Below, in pieces: positions 1 to 6,746 of a stretch of DNA of 45,819 nt. Position numbers and translations under genes: made by a program. The notes beneath the pieces are model-generated. The model saw only the letters and a program-made list of their open reading frames with translations. It was not told the origin of the DNA and did no database searches. The DNA is taken from positions 1 through 45,819 of the forward strand of contig JAFZIX010000275.1 of assembly GCA_017554135.1 (NCBI GenBank). The letters are read 5' to 3'. The DNA is from Bacteroidales bacterium. Its GTDB lineage: Bacteria; Bacteroidota; Bacteroidia; Bacteroidales; UBA932. Each line of letters opens with the position of its first letter. Position 1 is the first letter of the stretch.

Positions 1-27
1 GGTCCTTATGGCCTGGCAGAAAGGTGT

Positions 28-558
28 TTAGATAAGAGTTAACTTCCTGCCTTCCAGATATTTATCAATGAGGTCCTGCGTGCGTATTTTCACAAAGCAG
101 GTGGGGGTGCCGTCCGTGCAGGCAAAGTAATCGGCCTGTGCTATTCCGGCATCCATCACCAGGTGGACGTTTGCGGCTTCCGGCAGCACCGCGCTGAGGA
201 TGGTGGTGGCGCCAACTTCCACGCCGGTGAGTTCCCATAGTTTACGGGCCGATGCAAATGAAACTCGCGGAATCCCTCCCATGGCGGCGCAAAAGTCACG
301 GGTGATGAAGGGTTTGTCGTCACTGGTCACATAGAGGTAGAACTGAGTCTCCTGCCTGTTGCACAGGAAGATGGTTTTCACAATATGAATGCCGATTTTT
401 GCATCAATGTTCTGGCAGTCCTCCATTGTGATGCCGGGGTCTGTGTCTACACGCGTAAAAGGGATGTCCTTAGCGGCAAATGTCTCATAGACAGTCTGTT
501 GGAGCTTTGTTGCAAATGCCTCCGGGGGCGTTGATATGGGGTCGCTTACATAAAACAT
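28..558 (-). CDS. YbaK/ProX-type aminoacyl-tRNA editing (prolyl-tRNA deacylase-like) protein
   Basis: 176 aa; 'IVKTIFLCNRQ' conserved Lys motif, 'RVSFAS..KL.ELTGVEVGATTILS' GxxxP-like loop, 'VHLVMD'; overlaps the end of the upstream gene (546-558), suggesting an operon. Confidence 0.85.
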   Translation of the reverse strand: MFYVSDPISTPPEAFATKLQQTVYETFAAKDIPFTRVDTDPGITMEDCQNIDAKIGIHIVKTIFLCNRQETQFYLYVTSDDKPFITRDFCAAMGGIPRVSFASARKLWELTGVEVGATTILSAVLPEAANVHLVMDAGIAQADYFACTDGTPTCFVKIRTQDLIDKYLEGRKLTLI

Positions 559-2111
559 AGTATTCTTCTCAGTTCTTCAATGGAATGTGCAATCTGGTGT
601 CCGGAGAGTTCCTCTTCCGTCCTGTACCCCCAACTTACCGCCACGGCATCAATCCCGCCGTTTGCCGCCGTTCGCATATCGGTGGGGGAGTCCCCAACCA
701 TTATGGCGTCTTGCTTTGCTATGGTGGGATGGCCCTCTGCTCCCGCGATGGTGGCTTTGCTCTCTGCCCCCTCGCCGGTGGCCTTGGCCAGCACCTCCCT
801 CACTATCTCCGGGTCCGGCTTCAGCGGAAGTCCGGGCCTGTTCCCAAGGATTGCAACAAACTGAATATCAGGGAAAAACTCCCTGATAAGGTGCTCCGTT
901 CCCTCCTGGAACTTGTTGGACGCCACCGCCATCTTCACGCCCCTTGCCTGCAGCTGAGTGAGCAGTTCCTGCATCCCCTTGTACGGCCTGGTATGCACAT
1001 CGATGTGCGCTGAATAATACTCCTTGAAATCCGCCAGCGCCGCATCAATGTCCGCATCTGCGAGCGTAGGGCTTGTGATGGCTGAAGGAAATTGGTTTTT
1101 CGGGCACCGTCCCGAAAAATAATTACCTTCAGCCGCCTGGCCGGCAGATGCGTCTTTGGCAAGCGACGCCTCCAGGGCCTGCTTCACAAGGTTCCGGACG
1201 CCGTGGCCCACCATTTTGCGGTATTCGGCCACACTGTGGAGTGGCAGACAGCGAAGTTCAAGGGCGTGATTCACCGCTGCAGCAAGGTCCTCCAGGGTAT
1301 CTAAGAGCGTCCCGTCCAAGTCCCAGAGTATCAGTTTATTATGTGAGAATAGCTTCCTGTACGCCTCGGCCTTTTTTTCCATCGGCATAGGATACGCCCT
1401 GGAGGTGGACGGCATTCGCCAGAATTTCACCTCTATTGCATCTGCGTGGGTGGGGCTGGTGAGGGTTGAAGGAAATTGGTTTTTCGGGCACCGTCCCGAA
1501 AAATAATTTCCTTCAGCCGCCGGGCCGGCAGATGCCCGGTCGGGGCCGGGCATGACGTTCCCGTCACCCCCCGCTGCTCTTCCGTCACCCCCGACCGCAC
1601 CACCGTCACCCCCCGCCACACCTCCGTCACCCCCGACTTGATCGGGGGTCTCCAACCACAGGGGGATCCAGCCGCCAACCGGGGGGATGGGGCAGTGGAA
1701 GGCCTCTGCCACAACCTCCGTGGCTTTCTGGCCGGTGGTGACAAGGGCGCGGCAGTGGGGGATTCGCTTCAGAAGGGCCGGGATGTCAGTGGGGGTTACT
1801 ACCTCCAGGAAGGCATCGGAGGCATTGTCCTTGAGCCGCCGGATCTCAGTGGCTGTGTCGTATAACGCCAGGCCCTGCTCAGTGCAAAAGGCACGGATAT
1901 CTTCCTCATTAAACCTCTTTTCACCAGGAATAGTAAAATGGTCCTTGTCCCCAAAGTGAATGAGGCCCATTATCCGCCAGAAATCATTGATCCAGTTGGG
2001 GTAGTAGAACGGCATACACCATCTGTGCGACTGGGGCGGAAAACTCCCCAGGAACAGCATACGCGCCCCCTCCGGCAAAAATGGCTCAAATGGATGTTTC
2101 TCAGTATTCAC
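546..2111 (-). CDS. Fusion of a uracil-DNA glycosylase superfamily domain (MUG/HDG-like) and a HAD phosphoglycolate-phosphatase-like domain, carrying four in-frame repeat insertions
   Basis: N-term 'LFLGSFPP...FYYPNWINDFWR' and 'MPSTS' UDG motifs; C-term HAD motifs 'WDLDGTLLDT', 'VASNK', 'KPDP', 'MVGDSPTD'; GTG start; single uninterrupted ORF of 521 aa. Confidence 0.85.
   Translation of the reverse strand: MNTEKHPFEPFLPEGARMLFLGSFPPQSHRWCMPFYYPNWINDFWRIMGLIHFGDKDHFTIPGEKRFNEEDIRAFCTEQGLALYDTATEIRRLKDNASDAFLEVVTPTDIPALLKRIPHCRALVTTGQKATEVVAEAFHCPIPPVGGWIPLWLETPDQVGGDGGVAGGDGGAVGGDGRAAGGDGNVMPGPDRASAGPAAEGNYFSGRCPKNQFPSTLTSPTHADAIEVKFWRMPSTSRAYPMPMEKKAEAYRKLFSHNKLILWDLDGTLLDTLEDLAAAVNHALELRCLPLHSVAEYRKMVGHGVRNLVKQALEASLAKDASAGQAAEGNYFSGRCPKNQFPSAITSPTLADADIDAALADFKEYYSAHIDVHTRPYKGMQELLTQLQARGVKMAVASNKFQEGTEHLIREFFPDIQFVAILGNRPGLPLKPDPEIVREVLAKATGEGAESKATIAGAEGHPTIAKQDAIMVGDSPTDMRTAANGGIDAVAVSWGYRTEEELSGHQIAHSIEELRRILCFM
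718..789. repeat. Degenerate 27-bp tandem repeat (~2.7 copies) inside the HAD domain
   Basis: gctatggtgggatggccctctgctccc (718-744), gcgatggtggctttgctctctgccccc (745-771), partial third copy; encodes GAESKATIA/GAEGHPTIA just before the GDS motif. Confidence 0.65.
1054..1151. repeat. Palindromic element family A, copy 1 (98 bp), in frame within the HAD domain
   Basis: Terminal inverted repeat gcatctgc...gcagatgc; internal hairpin ggctgaagg-a-aatt-gg-tttttcggg-caccgt-cccgaaaaa-t-aatt-a-ccttcagcc (1080-1134); translated as ASAGQAAEGNYFSGRCPKNQFPSAITSPTLADA. Confidence 0.9.
1438..1535. repeat. Palindromic element family A, copy 2 (98 bp), in frame within the UDG domain
   Basis: Same length, same gcatctgc/gcagatgc ends and same central hairpin as 1054-1151; translated as ASAGPAAEGNYFSGRCPKNQFPSTLTSPTHADA. 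Confidence 0.9.
1530..1651. repeat. Palindromic element family B (CGTC-tagged REP-like dimer, 122 bp), in frame within the UDG domain
   Basis: Hairpin atgcccgg-tcgggg-ccgggcat (1532-1553), three 21-bp units starting ccgtcacccc (1561, 1582, 1603), hairpin acccccga-cttga-tcgggggt (1629-1649); translated as ETPDQVGGDGGVAGGDGGAVGGDGRAAGGDGNVMPGPDRAS. Confidence 0.9.
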
Positions 2112-2219
2112 AGTCTAACTCTCAATTCTTAAGATCCGTCTCTGATTCTCTTCTCAGTTTTTCTAGCCCTTATCTGTATGCACGATTCAGTTCTTCGGGC
2201 CTTTTCTGAATTCGCAGTC

Positions 2220-2227
2220 CAAATTTA
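2220..2227 (-). promoter_or_regulatory. Putative Bacteroidetes -7 promoter box for the UDG-HAD/ProX operon
   Basis: caaattta = TAAATTTG on the minus strand, ~110 bp upstream of the start; no clear -33 box. Confidence 0.4.
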
Positions 2228-2267
2228 CAACATTTTATGTGAACTTGAAGTTCTTTCTGGCCTCCAC

Positions 2268-2357
2268 GTGCGGGTAACGTGCTCCCAAAAGTCCCGTTAC
2301 CCGCAAAAAAGGCCAAAAATGCAGTTAACCGGTCCAAATTAGTCCCGTTACCCGCAC
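2268..2357. repeat. Palindromic element family C, copy 1 (90 bp, REPIN-like)
   Basis: Perfect 12-bp terminal inverted repeat gtgcgggtaacg...cgttacccgcac; four alternating copies of the tgcgggtaac/gttacccgca motif forming two sub-hairpins. Confidence 0.9.
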
Positions 2358-2431
2358 CAGTACCTCCATCACACCAGCACAGCTCCCACACTACCCCCAG
2401 CGCTAGTTCTCACTTCCGAACCAGCCTCCAC

Positions 2432-2521
2432 GTGCAGGTAACGTGCTCCCAAAAGTCCCGTTACCCGCAAAAAAGGCCGAAAATGCAGTTAACCGGTCCA
2501 AATTAATCCCGTTACCCGCAT
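2432..2521. repeat. Palindromic element family C, copy 2 (90 bp)
   Basis: Near-identical to 2268-2357 (a few substitutions), with the same upstream gcctccac; period 164 bp. Confidence 0.9.
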
Positions 2522-2608
2522 TTATACCAGCCTCCATACCTCCGCAACGCCCGCAGACGCTCCCGGCTCCTGTCCACACTCCGACCACACCACTCCCGGC
2601 CCCGCCCC

Positions 2609-3481
2609 CTACATACTATCCAGCAGGTGGGCGGCCTCGGCGTAAGTGATCCCGCACACGCGGGCTATCTGGGTGGCGTCTGCGCTGAAACGGAAGCGGA
2701 TTTGGCGGGCAAGTTCTACCTGCTCTTCCGGAAGAAGTTGTCCAAAAGTGTCTTTGTGGAACAGGCTCCTCAGAAGGTCTGGTAGGGTGGCAAGAATGGT
2801 CTGGTCCCGGAAGGCGGGAAGGTTAGAGTCGGCATACTCCAGACGTTTACGGGCTTTGGAAGAACTGTTCAGGAAGTAGTTCAGCCTCTGCGGCGTTCTG
2901 AAAAGGGCTTCCACGCCCTTGCAGTCTACATAATTGTGGGGGAGGATATACCCTTCCTGTCCAATTATCCATTCTCCAGGAATAGCATCTTCATCGGTGT
3001 GCAACAGTCTTTTAAGTGCACGGGCCGATAAATTTTTCACGCGTGTTCCGCTAACTGCCGGCTGTCCGAAATACATTGCTCCGGACCCCCACGGGTACTG
3101 GCTGGCGTGTGCGCAGATTCCGGCCACCACGGAGTTCATAAGGGTGTATGCGATGGCTTTTTCTACGGCTTCGTCATCATACGGGATGAGTTTTATGTCC
3201 AGTCCGTTATGCTTCAGGAGCTGTTTGACTCCATACTTTTTACGGTAATAAATGGAATAGCGATGTTTGAAGCGCTCAACAAACTCTTTTACATCTTTCC
3301 TGGTTCCTTTCAGCACAAAATGCACGTGATTGGACATAAGGATGAAGGCCAGCACCCCCACATAAGGGTGCCGGGCGGCCTCTATTGCGACGTAGTTCAT
3401 GGCCACTTTGAAATCTTCTTCATCCCGGAACCACAGGCCATCTTCCAGATGTTCCGTGCTCAGTAAATATATCCTTTTCAT
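2609..3481 (-). CDS. HUH-family Y1 tyrosine transposase (IS200/REP-associated tyrosine transposase, RAYT/TnpA-REP-like) with C-terminal helical extension
   Basis: 'FRDEEDF', 'LAFILMSNHVHFVL' (HUH), 'IAYTLMNSVVAGI' (catalytic Tyr, YxxxN), 'QYPWGS' motif. Start placed at ATG 3481 (MKRIYLL) because a -7 box lies at 3513-3520; the ORF track's 3589 start is probably too long. Confidence 0.85.
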   Translation of the reverse strand: MKRIYLLSTEHLEDGLWFRDEEDFKVAMNYVAIEAARHPYVGVLAFILMSNHVHFVLKGTRKDVKEFVERFKHRYSIYYRKKYGVKQLLKHNGLDIKLIPYDDEAVEKAIAYTLMNSVVAGICAHASQYPWGSGAMYFGQPAVSGTRVKNLSARALKRLLHTDEDAIPGEWIIGQEGYILPHNYVDCKGVEALFRTPQRLNYFLNSSSKARKRLEYADSNLPAFRDQTILATLPDLLRSLFHKDTFGQLLPEEQVELARQIRFRFSADATQIARVCGITYAEAAHLLDSM

Positions 3482-3512
3482 AACTTTTCTCCCGCACTTT
3501 TGCACGGCTCTA

Positions 3513-3579
3513 CAAATATAATAAACTGTTGACAGCGCTGCAACTTTTTTTGATTTTTTGTAGAAAAGCGGTATATTTG
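3513..3579. promoter_or_regulatory. Divergent Bacteroidetes sigma70 promoters for the RAYT gene and the 74-aa ORF
   Basis: Plus: TTTG 3549-3552, 19 bp, TATATTTG 3572-3579. Minus: caaatata 3513-3520 (TATATTTG) with TTG ~20 bp upstream (caa 3541-3543). Confidence 0.7.
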
Positions 3580-3591
3580 TTCTAAGCAAAT

Positions 3592-3816
3592 ATGTTAATC
3601 CATCACAGAACCATCATTCACGTGGAGGTCAAGGACACCCGTGAACACCTCTACTTTGGGTCCGCCGCAGCAATGTTCGCAGATCCAAGGATGAGTGACC
3701 TGCTCAAAATCAAGTACCAGACTTTCCGCACCAAGAAGGTGTCGGAAGACCGTCCCTATGAAAATGAGAACGTGATTGTCCGCAAGGGCAATCTCTACAC
3801 CATTGATCACTCCTAA
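3592..3816 (+). CDS. Small hypothetical protein (74 aa), possible DNA-binding
   Basis: ATG directly behind a consensus promoter; 'IIHVE...HLYFGSAAAMF...IVRKG.L' pattern resembles small Bacteroidales mobile-element proteins (from memory). Confidence 0.65.
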   Translation: MLIHHRTIIHVEVKDTREHLYFGSAAAMFADPRMSDLLKIKYQTFRTKKVSEDRPYENENVIVRKGNLYTIDHS

Positions 3817-3819
3817 TCA

Positions 3820-3909
3820 GTGCGGGTAACGTGCTCCAAAATGTCCCGTTACCAGCAAAAATGGCCCAAAATGCAGGTAACAGGCTAAAAATAATCCCGT
3901 TACCCGCAC
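3820..3909. repeat. Palindromic element family C, copy 3 (90 bp)
   Basis: gtgcgggtaacg...cgttacccgcac ends, same length and 4-motif architecture, more diverged spacers; same orientation as copies 1 and 2. Confidence 0.9.
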
Positions 3910-3925
3910 CAGACAAGCAAAACGT

Positions 3926-4213
3926 ATGTTTGAAGTAACAAAAATCTCAGACCAGACTGAAGGAGGCATCAGAAAGGCTTCCTTCCAGACTAGCAGCGCA
4001 GTCTGTTCCCGTCAGATAGACATTGAACTGGAGGGGGATATCGTGAAAAGCGTCCGCTACACCCACGGCTGCCACGGAAACCTTCAGGGAATAGGCGCTC
4101 TCATTCAGGGAATGAATAAGGCCGATATTATCTCCCGCCTTGAAGGCATCAACTGCAAGGGCCGCGGCACCAGCTGCCCGGACCAGCTTTCAAAAGCATT
4201 GAAACAGTTATAG
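3926..4213 (+). CDS. TSCPD-domain protein (TIGR03905 family)
   Basis: 'VCSRQI', 'GCHGNLQGI', 'GINCKGRGTSCPDQL' signature. Confidence 0.92.
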   Translation: MFEVTKISDQTEGGIRKASFQTSSAVCSRQIDIELEGDIVKSVRYTHGCHGNLQGIGALIQGMNKADIISRLEGINCKGRGTSCPDQLSKALKQL

Positions 4214-4216
4214 CAT

Positions 4217-4996
4217 ATGGTACCGGTAAGCTCTCTGATTACAATGGCAATCTGTGCCGTCCTTGGCATAGCTGTGCCCATCCTCCTGAGCTGGTGGATG
4301 GTGAAAAAGTACAATGTAAAGGTAAGGACCATCCTTATTGGTGCCGGGGTATTCGTACTCTTTGCACTGGTTCTGGAAACCATCCTGCACCAGGTGGTGC
4401 TGAAAGGTCCCATCGGCCCGTCCATCATCGGAAACGTCTGGTACTATGCTCTTTACGGCGGCCTTGCTGCTGGAATCTTTGAGGAGACAGGCCGGTTCCT
4501 GGCCATGAATTTCCTCCTGAAGGATGAGCCTCAAGGAGCCAAGACTGCGGTTGCATACGGAATTGGCCACGGCGGCATAGAGATGCTCATCATCTTCGGC
4601 GTCTCCATGATTTCCAATCTTGTCATTGCCGCTTTGATTAACGCCGGGCAGACCGATACAATCCTTTCCGCAGTCCCCGCCGAAGCCCAGGCCCAGCTGG
4701 AGGGGACATTCGCGCAGTTTGAGTCTTCCACTCCAGGAACGTTCCTGACGGGCCTGTGGGAGAGGGCATCGGCCATAATTCTCCAGATTGGACTGTCCGT
4801 ATTTGTGTGGACCGCGGTGCGTAAGGGCGGCAAGTGGCTGTGGCTGTTCCCGGCCGCAATCCTCCTTCATTTCCTGGTGGATGCCAGCGCCGTGCTCCTG
4901 ATGGATTCCGTGAGTATGGTGGCCCTGGAGGCAATCGTAAGCGCTCTCGCCGTTGCAGTTGCCGCCTCCGCCGTGATGCTTGCAAAGAAACTATGA
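4217..4996 (+). CDS. YhfC-family intramembrane glutamic metalloprotease-like membrane protein
   Basis: Multiple TM helices; 'LAAGIFEETGR', 'YGIGHGGIE', 'WER', 'AILLHFLVD' motifs. Confidence 0.85.
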   Translation: MVPVSSLITMAICAVLGIAVPILLSWWMVKKYNVKVRTILIGAGVFVLFALVLETILHQVVLKGPIGPSIIGNVWYYALYGGLAAGIFEETGRFLAMNFLLKDEPQGAKTAVAYGIGHGGIEMLIIFGVSMISNLVIAALINAGQTDTILSAVPAEAQAQLEGTFAQFESSTPGTFLTGLWERASAIILQIGLSVFVWTAVRKGGKWLWLFPAAILLHFLVDASAVLLMDSVSMVALEAIVSALAVAVAASAVMLAKKL

Positions 4997-5820
4997 ATGT
5001 CCTTCTGACAAGGATGCTTTCCAAGGCCGATCCTTCTCAGGTTCCCGGCCTCTCCCGCTTTTTCAAGACCGGTCCCGGCCAGTACGGGGAAGGGGACAAG
5101 TTCCTTGGAATCAAGGTCCCCGTCACACGTGCTGTTGTGAAGGAGTGCTGGCGTTCCGTAAGTTTTCAGGACCTGGAGGAGTGCATCACCAGCCCTTATC
5201 ACGAGGTCCGTCTGGCTGCCCTCCTTGCCCTGGTGGAAATCTTTTCCCACGCCGGGAAAAGACCCCCGATCACGTCGGGGGTGAAGGAGTGGGCACCGGG
5301 GGTGACGGAGTGGGCACCGGGGGTGACGGCAGCGGCACCGGAGGTGACGCCAACGTCATGCCCGGCCCCGACCGGGCATCTCAGGCAGCAATGCGTGGAG
5401 TTCTATCTTAGCCATATGGACAGGATCAACAACTGGGACCTTGTAGACCTTAGCTGCTATCCGCTCATTGGACAGTGGCTTCTGGACAAGGAGGACCGCT
5501 CGCTCCTATATGACCTTGCCAGAAGCGGCCGCACCATCTGGGAGCAGAGAATAGGCATAGTGAGCACCATGACGTTCATCCGAAAAGGCCAGCTCAATGA
5601 TACTTTTGATATTGCCGATATCCTCCTTCACCACCCCCATGACCTTATCCACAAGGCCGTAGGCTGGCTCCTCAGGGAGGCCGGAAAGCGTGACAAGGCC
5701 GCCTTGGAGGCCTGGCTGGAACCACGTTGCCGGACTATGCCCCGCACGATGCTCCGTTACGCCATTGAGAAGTTCCCTGAAGAGGAACGTAAACGTTACT
5801 TGTTGGAAAAGAGCCGCTAA
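4993..5820 (+). CDS. AlkD-family DNA alkylation repair glycosylase with an in-frame repeat insertion
   Basis: 'FFKTGPGQYGEGDKFLGIKVP', 'HEVR', 'INNWDLVD', 'WEQR', 'HKAVGWLLRE', 'MPRTMLRYAIE'; ATG 4993 overlaps the YhfC stop (ATGA). Confidence 0.9.
   Translation: MNVLLTRMLSKADPSQVPGLSRFFKTGPGQYGEGDKFLGIKVPVTRAVVKECWRSVSFQDLEECITSPYHEVRLAALLALVEIFSHAGKRPPITSGVKEWAPGVTEWAPGVTAAAPEVTPTSCPAPTGHLRQQCVEFYLSHMDRINNWDLVDLSCYPLIGQWLLDKEDRSLLYDLARSGRTIWEQRIGIVSTMTFIRKGQLNDTFDIADILLHHPHDLIHKAVGWLLREAGKRDKAALEAWLEPRCRTMPRTMLRYAIEKFPEEERKRYLLEKSR
5260..5381. repeat. Palindromic element family B, second copy (122 bp), in frame within the AlkD gene
   Basis: Reverse-complement homolog of 1530-1651: agacccccgatcacgtcgggggtga..., 21-bp units (gggggtgacggagtgggcacc), then gtcatgcccggccccgaccgggcatct; translated as RPPITSGVKEWAPGVTEWAPGVTAAAPEVTPTSCPAPTGHL. 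Confidence 0.9.
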
Positions 5821-5833
5821 AGGCCTATATTTG
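5803..5833 (+). promoter_or_regulatory. Putative promoter of rfbA
   Basis: TTG 5803-5805, ~20 bp, TATATTTG 5826-5833, 19 bp before the ATG. Confidence 0.55.
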
Positions 5834-5852
5834 TATGCAAAACCAATAACAG

Positions 5853-6746
5853 ATGAAAGGAATTGTTCTGGCAGGAGGCTCGGGTACTCGCCTCTATCCT
5901 ATCACCAAGGGCGTTAGCAAACAGCTTCTGCCCATCTACGACAAACCTATGGTGTACTATCCCATAAGCGCACTTATGCTTGCCGGGATAAGGGATATCC
6001 TTGTCATCTCAACGCCTCAGGACCTTCCGGCTTTCAAGCGTCTGCTGGGAGATGGCTCCAATTTTGGAATCAATCTTCAGTATGCAGAGCAGCCTTCTCC
6101 AGATGGCCTGGCACAGGCATTTATCATAGGGAAGGAGTTTATCGGCACAGATTCCGCCTGCCTTGTCCTTGGAGACAATATCTTCCATGGCGCCGGCTTC
6201 ACGGGTCTTCTCACTGAAGCTGTGAAATCCGCAGAGGAAGATGGCAAGGCTACGGTTTTTGGCTATTGGGTAAGTGACCCTGAACGCTATGGCGTGGCAG
6301 AATTTGACAAGGAAGGCAACTGCCTTTCCATTGAGGAAAAACCCAGGAATCCCAAGAGCAATTACGCCGTCGTGGGCCTGTATTTCTACCCCAACAAGGT
6401 TGTTGATGTGGCCGCAAATATAAAGCCGTCGGCCCGCGGAGAACTTGAAATCACGTCCGTCAACCAAGAGTTCCTGAAGGAAGGCCTCCTTAAGGTACAG
6501 ACCCTTGGACGGGGCTTTGCCTGGCTGGATACCGGCACCCACGATTCCCTGGCAGAGGCCTCCATCTACATTGAGACCATAGAAAAGCGCCAGGGCCTCA
6601 AGGTTGCGTGCCTTGAGGGAATAGGGTTCAGCAAGGGATGGATATCGGCCGATAAACTCAGGGAGATAGCAGCCCCTATGGCAAAGAACCAATATGGGCA
6701 GTACCTTCTAAGGCTGGCCGACGATCCGGTTACACCCGTTCTGTAA
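5853..6746 (+). CDS. rfbA: Glucose-1-phosphate thymidylyltransferase
   Basis: '[18 protein letters not shown]', '[12 protein letters not shown]', '[11 protein letters not shown]', 'EEKP', 'RGELEIT', 'WLDTGT'. Confidence 0.97.
   Translation: MKGIVLAGGSGTRLYPITKGVSKQLLPIYDKPMVYYPISALMLAGIRDILVISTPQDLPAFKRLLGDGSNFGINLQYAEQPSPDGLAQAFIIGKEFIGTDSACLVLGDNIFHGAGFTGLLTEAVKSAEEDGKATVFGYWVSDPERYGVAEFDKEGNCLSIEEKPRNPKSNYAVVGLYFYPNKVVDVAANIKPSARGELEITSVNQEFLKEGLLKVQTLGRGFAWLDTGTHDSLAEASIYIETIEKRQGLKVACLEGIGFSKGWISADKLREIAAPMAKNQYGQYLLRLADDPVTPVL

Noticed and set aside
2268-2521. Repeat-spacer-repeat pattern as a possible CRISPR array
   Set aside because: Units are 90 bp, only two are adjacent, the spacer is low-complexity, and no cas genes are present; fits REP/REPIN better
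2522-2608. C-rich tract after repeat copy 2 (G-rich on the minus strand)
   Set aside because: Low-complexity spacer with no regular period or convincing structure
2170-2649. Short ORFs across the family C repeats (MLPKVPLPAKKA..., etc.)
   Set aside because: Translations of the repeat itself, with no independent coding evidence
3482-3589. Extended N-terminus of the transposase in the ORF track
   Set aside because: It spans the divergent promoter region; ATG 3481 fits the -7 box and the Y1 domain start
4834-4992. Extended N-terminus of AlkD in the ORF track
   Set aside because: Overlaps YhfC in another frame; ATG 4993 gives a standard ATGA coupling
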